Source: a virus
Direction: 5' to 3' (one strand)
IMG/VR virus record: IMGVR_UViG_3300045988_180547
Length of the DNA stretch: 41,334 bases
The translations under genes and the position numbers were made by a program. A model generated the notes under the pieces. That model saw only the letters and a program-made list of their open reading frames with translations, searched no databases and was not told the origin of the DNA. Shown here piece by piece: positions 18,045 to 27,078 of the stretch (positions within the stretch are counted from its first letter, which is position 1; every line of letters begins with the position of its first letter).

Positions 18045-19787
18045 TTATTTCACTCCTTTCAATTTCATTGTATTTGCTATAATTAGTGAAAAAAATTGTT
18101 CTTCTCCTTTGTTTTTACTTAAAGCATTATCTAATATATTTTGAATTATTTCATTTGGCATACTTGGAGAATTTCTTTTAATTAAGGTATAAATTTTACT
18201 TCTATTTTTTCTTGCATATTCTAAATAAGTATCATAATAACTTTTATCAATCTCTATATTTTCTAACTCTTTTCTTAGAGTTATCCAATTAGGATTTAAT
18301 CCATTCATTCTATCTTTCCAAACTATCTCTCCAAAATCTTCTAAAGTTTTACATTTCTTAAATTTTTCTAATTTTTTTAATTTAGGTAATGTTTCTGATA
18401 GATGTTTTGGGTAAGATGGAGAAATTGGAATTTTATTTCCCATTCTTTTCATCATATAATGTGCTGAACATTCTGCAAATACATCATCTATATATGCCCA
18501 ATTTTGAAAATCATAATTTACTGATATAAAATCAACCTCTTTATTATGCCCTAAAGCATGATATGCTTCATGAAATATTGTTTTTAATTGATAATATTTC
18601 TTTCTGTCATCATCTTTTTGTAAATTATAAGTTTTTACTGTTAATTTTGAACTTTTTGAATCTAATACTTCAAAATTTAATCCACAACTTCCTCTAGCGT
18701 TTAATTTTTTTACACTAACATTTAAATGTTCCAGCTTTAAATTAGATAATAATTTTTCTGCAAATTTCTTTCTAGTTAATTTTTTATCTAGTCCCTCTAA
18801 TATGCTATCTTTTTCTTCCATTATACCATTTTTTTCAGATTCTTTCAATGTTTCATACTCTATAACAGGAATAATTGTACTTCTACAATGAGGATGCATA
18901 GGAGGATAATTTACTCCTACCTTAGCATCTTCTAATTTAAAAATTTTTCCATTTAACTCTCTACATTGTGGAGAAGTTCTACTATCAATCTCAGCTAAAT
19001 ACTCATACTCTTCAACTTCACTATCCTCATACCCCTTTTTAGTAGCTTGGTTAAGTGCATAGTTAAGTTCAGTCCTTACTAATCTCTCTGTATTTTTTCT
19101 ATCTGAGTTCATTCTCCCTATTATCTTATCTGATAAATCTTTAATTGATATACCTTGAATAAAAGATTGAATAATTTCCTCTTTAAGTACTCTTCCTAGT
19201 GCTGCTCTGTTCTCCCATATTCTGTTAGAGAAGTCTGTTCCACTCCAAGGGTAGTTTATCAAATCAGATAAAGTATCTTTATCTAAATAAGCTACAGAAC
19301 TCTCTACTCCAAAATCCAGTCTTATATCTCTATAAGAATCATTATACACAGTTTCCAAAGTTCCTTTGAGAGCTTCCTGTTCTGCATAAGCTTTTCTATT
19401 GAGTTCCATATCTATTTGAGCTTTTAAAATGTCTAGTCTTGAAATCCTAGACTTCATAGCTAAGGTTTCTAATTCTAGCTTTAACTTATTAGCTATATCC
19501 TCAGCTATTCCCTTGAACTTCTCTATCTCTGCCATATACTCTTCAAGTGTCATTCTCCATTCTTTGAACTCTGAACTTGTTAAATTCTTTATAGCATCAG
19601 CATAAGAAAGTTCAGTTAAATCCATGTACCTTACTACTAAATCATTAATAGATTTTTGAATTTCTTTTCTAGCATTAATAAGATTTTTATCTAGTTCTTT
19701 AAGTAATTTATCTCCCTCTTTATGAACTTTTTTTTCTTGCCTATCAGCTCTTTTCTGCCAATATTCTTTATTTTTCTTTTGGTCCAT
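18045..19787 (-). CDS. minor head protein, MuF/SPP1 gp7 family, with C-terminal HExxH extension
   Basis: MuF signature DSRTSPQCRELNGKIF...PPMHPHCRSTIIPV; C-terminal 260-aa extension carries HEAYHALGH...AECSAH. Confidence 0.75.
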   Translation of the reverse strand: MDQKKNKEYWQKRADRQEKKVHKEGDKLLKELDKNLINARKEIQKSINDLVVRYMDLTELSYADAIKNLTSSEFKEWRMTLEEYMAEIEKFKGIAEDIANKLKLELETLAMKSRISRLDILKAQIDMELNRKAYAEQEALKGTLETVYNDSYRDIRLDFGVESSVAYLDKDTLSDLINYPWSGTDFSNRIWENRAALGRVLKEEIIQSFIQGISIKDLSDKIIGRMNSDRKNTERLVRTELNYALNQATKKGYEDSEVEEYEYLAEIDSRTSPQCRELNGKIFKLEDAKVGVNYPPMHPHCRSTIIPVIEYETLKESEKNGIMEEKDSILEGLDKKLTRKKFAEKLLSNLKLEHLNVSVKKLNARGSCGLNFEVLDSKSSKLTVKTYNLQKDDDRKKYYQLKTIFHEAYHALGHNKEVDFISVNYDFQNWAYIDDVFAECSAHYMMKRMGNKIPISPSYPKHLSETLPKLKKLEKFKKCKTLEDFGEIVWKDRMNGLNPNWITLRKELENIEIDKSYYDTYLEYARKNRSKIYTLIKRNSPSMPNEIIQNILDNALSKNKGEEQFFSLIIANTMKLKGVK

Positions 19788-21189
19788 TCAAATCACTTCC
19801 AAAGTTATAATCTGGATAGATTTCTTCTTTTTGCTTTTTAATTTTTTCTAACTCTTCCACAGGATTTTTTATCCATGGATGCTGAGCCACTATTGTTTCA
19901 TCAGAAATTATTCCAACTGAAGCTTTACAGTTAGCTATAGTTTGAGATTCATTTACCAGGATATCTTTATTGAATATAATATCTACTTTCTCATTCTCAA
20001 AATCTCCAAATCCCATATGACTAAAATATGCATTAACAAAATATAGTAGTTTTTCTAATCCACTTCTAAATTCTACTTCCATTCCAGTAGCATCTAAATC
20101 TATATCAGCATACATAGATTGAATATTCATTTCATTTGGATTATTTCCTAGTCTATCATCTTTAGCATTAAATCCTCTACCATTTTCTATTAATGCATCT
20201 TTGAATATTTTTATAATATCCTTATAGTTTTGAGCATTAAGTTCAACAGTAAGTTTTTCTACTCCACCATCACCTCTAACTTTTACAAAGCCATAAGTAG
20301 CTAAATTTTTTCTAAATTCTGCACCATTTTGCCCATCATAGTTTTTTAATATTAAGATACAGTTTCTAGGATTTTCATCTAAATTATTTTCAAAGTTTGA
20401 AATAGCTTTATTAATTCCATCTTGTAAGTTTTTCACTCTTAATATTAAAGGTTTTTCAAGTAAGTTATATTTAAAAGGAATTACTGGTAATCTATCCCAG
20501 TTAAATTGCTCTTCTCCTATATTGAAATAGTTATAATGTGAGTCATATTTTAAAGCCCTGTGATGATATTTATATCTGTCTATTCCAGCTAGGCTATAAA
20601 CATCAACTATCTCTACATCTATCAACTCTGAACCTGTCCACTCTTGAATAGTGTAAATTCTAATTACAAATTCTAGATCTGTATGCCCCTCATCTTTCCA
20701 TACTGGTAATATTTGACAAGGCTCAAATCTCTTAAATACAAACTCTCCTTTATCATTGTAATGAGGATATATCCAAGCTATTCCACCATTTAATGCATCT
20801 TCTCCCATATTTTTAATAATTCTATGAAACTCTAGTCCAAATACCTTTTCGAGTTGCTCTTGGTATAATTGGTTATTAGTTTGAAAAGTAAGTGGTTTTC
20901 CTAATAGATAATTTACTTTTTGATCCACTAGCTTTTCATATTGATTATCTATTCTTTTGTTATTTGGTAGGTTGTCAACTTCAGTTAATCTACCATCTTC
21001 TCCTATGACTTCTCTTTTAGCCCATAAAATATCATGTTGTCCTCGGTAATATCTTTCTCCAGTTAGCATATCCAGTCGTCTTTTACTTTTTAAAAATCTA
21101 TTAACTATATACTCTAAGTATCTAACATCTTTATCAGAGCCTTTCTCAACTTTATCTCTATACAGTTTACTTCTAAGCCATCCTAACAC
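19768..21189 (-). CDS. portal protein
   Basis: 473 aa directly downstream of the large terminase. Confidence 0.7.
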   Translation of the reverse strand: MLGWLRSKLYRDKVEKGSDKDVRYLEYIVNRFLKSKRRLDMLTGERYYRGQHDILWAKREVIGEDGRLTEVDNLPNNKRIDNQYEKLVDQKVNYLLGKPLTFQTNNQLYQEQLEKVFGLEFHRIIKNMGEDALNGGIAWIYPHYNDKGEFVFKRFEPCQILPVWKDEGHTDLEFVIRIYTIQEWTGSELIDVEIVDVYSLAGIDRYKYHHRALKYDSHYNYFNIGEEQFNWDRLPVIPFKYNLLEKPLILRVKNLQDGINKAISNFENNLDENPRNCILILKNYDGQNGAEFRKNLATYGFVKVRGDGGVEKLTVELNAQNYKDIIKIFKDALIENGRGFNAKDDRLGNNPNEMNIQSMYADIDLDATGMEVEFRSGLEKLLYFVNAYFSHMGFGDFENEKVDIIFNKDILVNESQTIANCKASVGIISDETIVAQHPWIKNPVEELEKIKKQKEEIYPDYNFGSDLNGPKEK

Positions 21190-21204
21190 TATTCCACCTC
21201 CTCA

Positions 21205-22461
21205 TTAATCAAAACTAAATGTATCTCCTTCAATAAATCCTTCTAGTGCATATCTCATAGCATCCATTAAGTGGTTAAAATCATCTATAGGTTTATTGAT
21301 AGGTTTATCAAATTTATCTTTGGCCCAAGTGTAGTTACTTATTTCAGTTAAAAAGTTAGTACAGCTTGGATGGATTATAATTTTAAATCCTTGAATAAAT
21401 TGAATACCATTATTTATACTATCTTTTCCTTTTCTTGCTGGGATAACTCTGTACAGTCCATAGTCATATAACTCGTCTATACTCTTAGGTTCTGCACTAT
21501 CAGCTACTATTTTTTCTTTAGCTTTTCCCATACTAGTAATCTCATCAGCAATCATTCTATTAGTTAAAGCTTTTTTATACAGCTCATCAAAAATATATAT
21601 CTCTTTTCTACTTAATGAAATTAGCCCACAAAAAAGAGCAGTAGGGTCATTGGTATAACCAAAGTCTAACCCAAAACTGCTCTCTATATCTGGTATGTTA
21701 TTTAAAATTTCTTGTATATCAAATTCTTTCTCTTCCCAGTTCTCATATATAAGGCCTTCTGATATTCCCCATTCTCCTAATCCTGCTACTCTATATCTTC
21801 TAGGATTTTCAGCTTTCATTCGCTCAAATAATCTCAAGTCTGATTCATCTAAAAACTCATTACAAAGATAATTGGTAGTTTTAGCTAGAATATCATCACA
21901 AGGTTCTGCATCAAAAAATCTTTTCTTTATCCAGTGTCCTTCATTCCAAGGATTAAGAGTTAAAGTTATTTGCTTGAATAAATTTCCATTTACTTGTCCT
22001 CTGATAGATTCATCTAGCATATTAAAATCAGATTCTTTTGTTATCTCATAGGATTCCTCTATCCAGCACCAACATAAACTACCTACATCAACTGTTATGG
22101 AAGTTAATTTCATAGGTTCATCTAATCCTCTGAATAATATTTTTTGTCCAGTAGGTTTATAAATAAGTTCTAAAGGACTTTCTTTATAATCCCAGTAATC
22201 ATCAACCTGTAATTGTCTAATTGCCCATCTCAAATCTGTATAAGCACTATCTTTTAAAGTTCTAAATACTTTTCTTACTACAAGTAGATTAGCTCCAGGA
22301 TATTTCATAAGTCTAAATATAAAATTTAAAGCTGTTGTTTTACTCTTTTTAGATGCTCTGGATCCTTTACATACTCTGTATCTTCCAGTAAAATTCCAAT
22401 AATCTTTATATCCTTTTCCAATAAGTTTGGGTAGGCTTACTTTCTTAATCTTCAATTTCAT
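21205..22461 (-). CDS. terminase large subunit
   Basis: 418 aa, ATPase plus nuclease architecture, overlaps the small subunit gene. Confidence 0.8.
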   Translation of the reverse strand: MKLKIKKVSLPKLIGKGYKDYWNFTGRYRVCKGSRASKKSKTTALNFIFRLMKYPGANLLVVRKVFRTLKDSAYTDLRWAIRQLQVDDYWDYKESPLELIYKPTGQKILFRGLDEPMKLTSITVDVGSLCWCWIEESYEITKESDFNMLDESIRGQVNGNLFKQITLTLNPWNEGHWIKKRFFDAEPCDDILAKTTNYLCNEFLDESDLRLFERMKAENPRRYRVAGLGEWGISEGLIYENWEEKEFDIQEILNNIPDIESSFGLDFGYTNDPTALFCGLISLSRKEIYIFDELYKKALTNRMIADEITSMGKAKEKIVADSAEPKSIDELYDYGLYRVIPARKGKDSINNGIQFIQGFKIIIHPSCTNFLTEISNYTWAKDKFDKPINKPIDDFNHLMDAMRYALEGFIEGDTFSFD

Positions 22462-22909
22462 CCTCCCCTGTTATCATTACTGGAACTAATCCATCTACTT
22501 GGATTTTATCAGTAAATAATCTATGTCTTTTACCAATAAGTTCAGCAGCTTTTATTCTATCTTTTAATCCTATTTTCTTTTTTACCACTCTAGCTTCAGA
22601 ACAATAATCTCCAATACTTTCTACAACTACTACTTCCTCATCCAATTCTCCTCTCATAGCTGAGGTTAATAATTGCATCACTTCAGTAGCTGAAGCCACT
22701 CTTTTCTCCTCTAGTTCTTTTAGTTTTTCATCAATGTAGTTTTTAATGGCAGGTTTTAGCAAGTTCTCTTGCCCTATCACTCTAGCTGTTTTCTTACTGT
22801 ACCCAGCCTTGATAGCTGCTTCTGTCATATTCCCTGTTTCAATATAATAATCAGCAAATCTTTTTTGTTTTTCAGTTAATAAAGCCATGTCATTATCACC
22901 TCCACACAT
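22445..22909 (-). CDS. terminase small subunit
   Basis: 154 aa; N-terminal HTH LTEKQKRFADYYIETGNMTEAAIKAGYS typical of TerS. Confidence 0.7.
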   Translation of the reverse strand: MCGGDNDMALLTEKQKRFADYYIETGNMTEAAIKAGYSKKTARVIGQENLLKPAIKNYIDEKLKELEEKRVASATEVMQLLTSAMRGELDEEVVVVESIGDYCSEARVVKKKIGLKDRIKAAELIGKRHRLFTDKIQVDGLVPVMITGEDEIED

Positions 22910-23119
22910 TCATTTTATTTGTTTTAAATATTTCAAAACAATCGAAACATAAAAAAAGAGATAGCTCTTATGTCTATCCCTTATAGATATCTTTTATTTT
23001 AGAGAGCCAGCTTTTCTGACTCTCTACCCTCTCTCAAAAAGAAGACTTTTATAGGATTTCTCTCACTCCACATTTTATACTATATCACATCCTTAACTCT
23101 CATACAATAGCTTTTACTC

Positions 23120-23545
23120 TCATTTAGTGTCATTTATTTTATTAAAATTTTTAAATGCTCTATTATGTATTCTATATACCTGTGATAAGCAATATCCCAT
23201 TTTCTCCGCTATCTGCTCCCAGGTTAAACAGGTTATATATCTATATCTTAGTAAAGCTCTTTCTACAACATCCTCAACCTTATCTATCTCTGATGATAAA
23301 TCTGCAATAAAATCGTAAAGTATTTCTATTTTTTTCTCTTCTTCTACAATTTTATCAATTCTGTTTACCATACTTTCATCACTTGGGAGTGGTCCACCTT
23401 GAAGTTTTTCTGATAATCTAACAGCTCGTAAGCCATCTAAGGTAGCTCTCATATCTTCCAATACAGCTTTTTTACTTTCAATTTCTAATTTTATTCTGTA
23501 TCCTTTTTTCAAGTATTTTTTTCTATCCATACTTATAAGCTCCAA
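23120..23545 (-). CDS. late-gene transcriptional activator (ArpU/RinA/sigma region-4-like)
   Basis: C-terminal HTH LLRYRYITCLTWEQIAEKMGYCLSQVYRIHNRA; positioned directly upstream of the terminase genes. Confidence 0.55.
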   Translation of the reverse strand: MELISMDRKKYLKKGYRIKLEIESKKAVLEDMRATLDGLRAVRLSEKLQGGPLPSDESMVNRIDKIVEEEKKIEILYDFIADLSSEIDKVEDVVERALLRYRYITCLTWEQIAEKMGYCLSQVYRIHNRAFKNFNKINDTK

Positions 23546-24102
23546 TCTCCATTTATTCTTTCCATATTTTTATTCCATTTCTTACAATAACAATTTATTA
23601 GCTCCTCTTTTGAAAATCCTCTACAATTTACAATATCTATGTATTGCTTAAAAGCTTTTCCATCCATAACTTCCTTACTCCAAAGTTCATGTTTGAACAT
23701 ATATATTTTTGTTCCTAAATTACAATCTATAACTTCTGTATTCAAAAATATTTTTTCCAATTCTTTTATTTGCTTATCAGTAACTTCTATCTCTATTTTT
23801 CCACATACTTTCTTTGCAAATTCTTCTGCATAATGACAATATTGTAAAAAGAAAAATAATATATCTGTTAATTCTTCCAATTCTCTTTCTCTAGAATATT
23901 CTTTTTGTTTCCATGTTTTAAAATTATATTCATCTGGTAATTCTCTTGCCCACTCCTGAAACTCATCATCTATAGATAATAATATATCCTTTCTATTTCT
24001 TAAACGTGGAACAAATCCATTTTTTCTTGGTTTTGCTACCGCTCCATCTAATTGTTTTTGCATTCCTAATATTTCTTTAAATGTTTTCATTCTATTTTCC
24101 AC
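23533..24102 (-). CDS. hypothetical protein (possibly all-alpha NTP pyrophosphatase-like)
   Basis: 189-aa ORF; weak resemblance only. Confidence 0.3.
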   Translation of the reverse strand: MENRMKTFKEILGMQKQLDGAVAKPRKNGFVPRLRNRKDILLSIDDEFQEWARELPDEYNFKTWKQKEYSRERELEELTDILFFFLQYCHYAEEFAKKVCGKIEIEVTDKQIKELEKIFLNTEVIDCNLGTKIYMFKHELWSKEVMDGKAFKQYIDIVNCRGFSKEELINCYCKKWNKNMERINGDWSL

Positions 24103-24249
24103 CTCTATTCAATAATTCTATGATACCAGCAAATTCCCAATGAAATCCATTAATATTTATTTCAAGTCCACCTAATACTCCAGCTAATAAAATACTTACT
24201 AAAATTACTAAAGTAATTGCTCCAATTGCTTCTAATATTTCATCAATCA

Positions 24250-24438
24250 TTATTCCACCCCTCTATTAATAAATTCAAGAACCTTCTCTTCAACCACATT
24301 TATATCACTAGCAGCTACAACATCGTGGAAAAGATTAAGGACCTCTCTTTTTTGAGAAGGTAGTCCTCCTTTTTCTTGAACCTTCCGAAAAATCTCTAGA
24401 ATTTTTAGAGCTATCTCAGCTCTTTCTTGCACTGTCAT
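24250..24438 (-). CDS. hypothetical protein
   Basis: 62-aa ORF. Confidence 0.35.
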   Translation of the reverse strand: MTVQERAEIALKILEIFRKVQEKGGLPSQKREVLNLFHDVVAASDINVVEEKVLEFINRGVE

Positions 24439-24441
24439 TTG

Positions 24442-24645
24442 TTACTCATCTCCTAAAATTTTGACTTCCTGTATCTTATCTAAAACTTTTCCAAGTAGTT
24501 CTGTATCTATTTTATCTTCTAATAGATTTAGAATTTCAGTAGTTAAACAAGCTAAAGAATCACTTAAATATTCTTTCTCTCTTGTTATAAACCCTTTCTT
24601 AAACTTCTCTATTTCCTCATAGTATTTAGTCTCCCAGATATTCAT
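24442..24645 (-). CDS. hypothetical protein
   Basis: 67-aa ORF. Confidence 0.35.
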   Translation of the reverse strand: MNIWETKYYEEIEKFKKGFITREKEYLSDSLACLTTEILNLLEDKIDTELLGKVLDKIQEVKILGDE

Positions 24646-24647
24646 TT

Positions 24648-25034
24648 CTACTCTCCTATTACATATTCCAAGTATTTTTTAGCTTTTCTTAAGTCTTCCA
24701 TGCCATTTTTCTTATTTTCTCTGGTAACATACTTAATTACATTACCTTTACAATATCCTTTGAACTCTTCTGGAGACATAGATGCTTTTATAACATCTAT
24801 AACTTCCACATCAAGCCCTGCTAATTTGTAATGGTTAGGAGAGTTTACATTATCCTCATTCTTACTATTTTCTTTTACAAATGTTTCTAATATTTCTGCA
24901 AATTTTTTACTTTCTCCAGAAGTTGCATCGCAGATTTTTTCAAAAGGACAGTTTTCACATTCTACTGACTCAAAACATTGTCCACCATGTTCTATAATTC
25001 TTTTAGCCATCTCTATTTGTTCTCTCATTTCCAT
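24648..25034 (-). CDS. DUF3310-like phage protein with N-terminal Cys cluster
   Basis: NHYKLAGLDVEVIDVIKA...GYCKGNVIKYVTR resembles the DUF3310 core. Confidence 0.4.
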   Translation of the reverse strand: MEMREQIEMAKRIIEHGGQCFESVECENCPFEKICDATSGESKKFAEILETFVKENSKNEDNVNSPNHYKLAGLDVEVIDVIKASMSPEEFKGYCKGNVIKYVTRENKKNGMEDLRKAKKYLEYVIGE

Positions 25035-25037
25035 TTT

Positions 25038-25829
25038 CTACATCTCCTCACTATTCCATAAAGTCTCTTTTACTTCTTCCTTATGCAAACAAGCCCACAA
25101 CATCATATAAGCATCTGCTGCATCATCACTATCTGCTTCTACTCCTGTCAGTTCCTTAAATCTTTCCATCATGTATTTTTTCTGTTCTTCTCTATGAATT
25201 GGAACTTTACCTACTCTATTTTTCCAAAACACTGCTGGAACTAATAACAACTCTAAATTCAATCTCTTTATATGATAGGTTAACATTCCTCTTATTTCAC
25301 TAAGCATAGTTAATACATTAGAATTTAAGCCTAGATAAATATCTTCTAGTATTATCATATCTATCATACCTTTTTCTAAGATATTTGAGAGTTCCTCTAC
25401 TATCTCCAATCCTCTATCTCTAAAATCTTCCAAACTTGATTTAATAGTTTTCCATCTAACTATTACCCCATTCTTAGAATATGCTATCCCAGTAGAAGTA
25501 GTTGATAAGTCTATTGCCAATATATTTTTCTCATCTAATCCCTCTGGAATAATACAAGTTTTTTTAGTTTTAGCTACTAGCTTATTTCTCTCTTTTAATT
25601 TTCTTTCAGTATCCAATCTTTTCTGCTTCTTTCTCTCTACTAAATCCAAGCAAGTTCCTGCTCGGATTTGATTAAGAGTTGCCATTTGGATATTTCCATT
25701 CTTAAACTTTATATCAAAACAATGATTATTTTTTTCTTTGAAGAGATACTTCTCAACTATATAAGCCTCTCCCTTTTTATTTTGAAATTCTTTCCCTACA
25801 TATTCATTAGGGTCTATCTTCTTAGCCAT
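25038..25829 (-). CDS. RuvC-like Holliday junction resolvase
   Basis: ILAIDLSTTSTGIAYS (first catalytic Asp), MIILEDIY, DSDDAADAYMM acidic residues typical of RuvC-fold phage resolvases. Confidence 0.6.
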   Translation of the reverse strand: MAKKIDPNEYVGKEFQNKKGEAYIVEKYLFKEKNNHCFDIKFKNGNIQMATLNQIRAGTCLDLVERKKQKRLDTERKLKERNKLVAKTKKTCIIPEGLDEKNILAIDLSTTSTGIAYSKNGVIVRWKTIKSSLEDFRDRGLEIVEELSNILEKGMIDMIILEDIYLGLNSNVLTMLSEIRGMLTYHIKRLNLELLLVPAVFWKNRVGKVPIHREEQKKYMMERFKELTGVEADSDDAADAYMMLWACLHKEEVKETLWNSEEM

Positions 25830-25837
25830 ATCTCCCC

Positions 25838-26506
25838 CTAAAATCTTTTTCTATATGCAGGTAATATTCTAAACTCTGTATCATTTATTAATCTTTTTCT
25901 AAATTCCTCATAAGTTTTTACATGAAAAACTAGAACTTCATTATTTGAAAAAGTAGGATAAATTCCATCATAAGCAATATTGAGTTCTCCAGATAATCTG
26001 ATTAGCTCCTCAGTAAGTTTTCTTCCTAATCCTTTTTTATCTAAGATAAAGTAATCTTTCCACCATTTGATATTATATATACTCTTATAATATTTTCCAT
26101 TTCCATTGTTATATTCTAACTCTTCATTTCTCTTTACTAACTCATCAAAACCTAATAGTTGTCTCTCATACTTTTCAATAAAATCTTTTTGAAGTTCCTC
26201 TTCCAATCGCTCAACATAATGAATCACAGCTCTTCTTACAAACTTACTTTCTCTTAATAATACCTGCTTAGCTTGGTTATAAGTTAAGATATACATAGGT
26301 CTTAGTTCCCCTTTTTTATCTTTATATTCAACCAGCGAAATTTTTCCCTCGTTTATCTCTTCTTCAAACTCATTTCTAATTATTTTTAATAAATCTTTGT
26401 GTTGAAGTTCTGCTCTATTTCCTTCTTGCTTCCTAAAAATATTTATTTGGTCCAATAGTTCCAAGCTCGTTATTCTATCCTTATTCAATCCCATTATTTC
26501 CAGCAT
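25838..26506 (-). CDS. phage regulatory protein (Rha-like N-terminus)
   Basis: N-terminal ITSLELLDQINIFRKQEGNRAELQHKDLLKIIRNE resembles the Rha family. Confidence 0.35.
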   Translation of the reverse strand: MLEIMGLNKDRITSLELLDQINIFRKQEGNRAELQHKDLLKIIRNEFEEEINEGKISLVEYKDKKGELRPMYILTYNQAKQVLLRESKFVRRAVIHYVERLEEELQKDFIEKYERQLLGFDELVKRNEELEYNNGNGKYYKSIYNIKWWKDYFILDKKGLGRKLTEELIRLSGELNIAYDGIYPTFSNNEVLVFHVKTYEEFRKRLINDTEFRILPAYRKRF

Positions 26507-26726
26507 TTTTAGCCTCCTGTTTCTTTAAATTTCTATACATATTCCTAAATTGCTTTTGAATCTCTACATCCATCTTATTAAAATACCATTGATTTAACTT
26601 TATATATAAAGCTAACTCTTCACTACTATTAATACTTAATCCTTTATAATAGAAATGTAAAAAGGTAGCTCCTCTTGGTAATTTTAAATTCTCCATATAT
26701 TTTTCCTTTTTGTTAACTGTAGTCAA
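26481..26726 (-). CDS. hypothetical protein
   Basis: 81-aa ORF. Confidence 0.35.
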   Translation of the reverse strand: MTTVNKKEKYMENLKLPRGATFLHFYYKGLSINSSEELALYIKLNQWYFNKMDVEIQKQFRNMYRNLKKQEAKNAGNNGIE

Positions 26727-27078
26727 CTGGTGGTCAAAAACAATATTTTTTTATCTATATCCATAAACCCTTTATTTATAATACTTATTTAATAAGTTGT
26801 GGTTTTTTGTAGTCATTCTTGTGGTCAAACTATTTTTCTCTAAAAACCTCTATTTTACTAGGTTTTATAGCTTTTTTATAGGTTTGTGGTCAAAAAAAGA
26901 GTGGAACTACCACCTAAAATTTTTCAAAAATATTTTTTTTATTTCTTTTAATATTTTTATACTTTTATATAACACACATGTAAAAAGTGACTACATTGAC
27001 CACAAGCAACTCTAAGCTAGAATTGTAGATATTTTCAAAGAATTTTATTTGACCACAAATTTGACCACAGTGGTCATG
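26727..27078. repeat. putative replication origin: iterons TGTGGTCAAA (3 direct, 3 inverted) and palindrome TGACCACAGTGGTCA
   Basis: Direct copies at 26730, 26820, 26886; inverted copies at about 26996, 27050, 27062; perfect palindrome at 27062..27076, abutting the 3' end of the primase-helicase gene. Confidence 0.55.
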
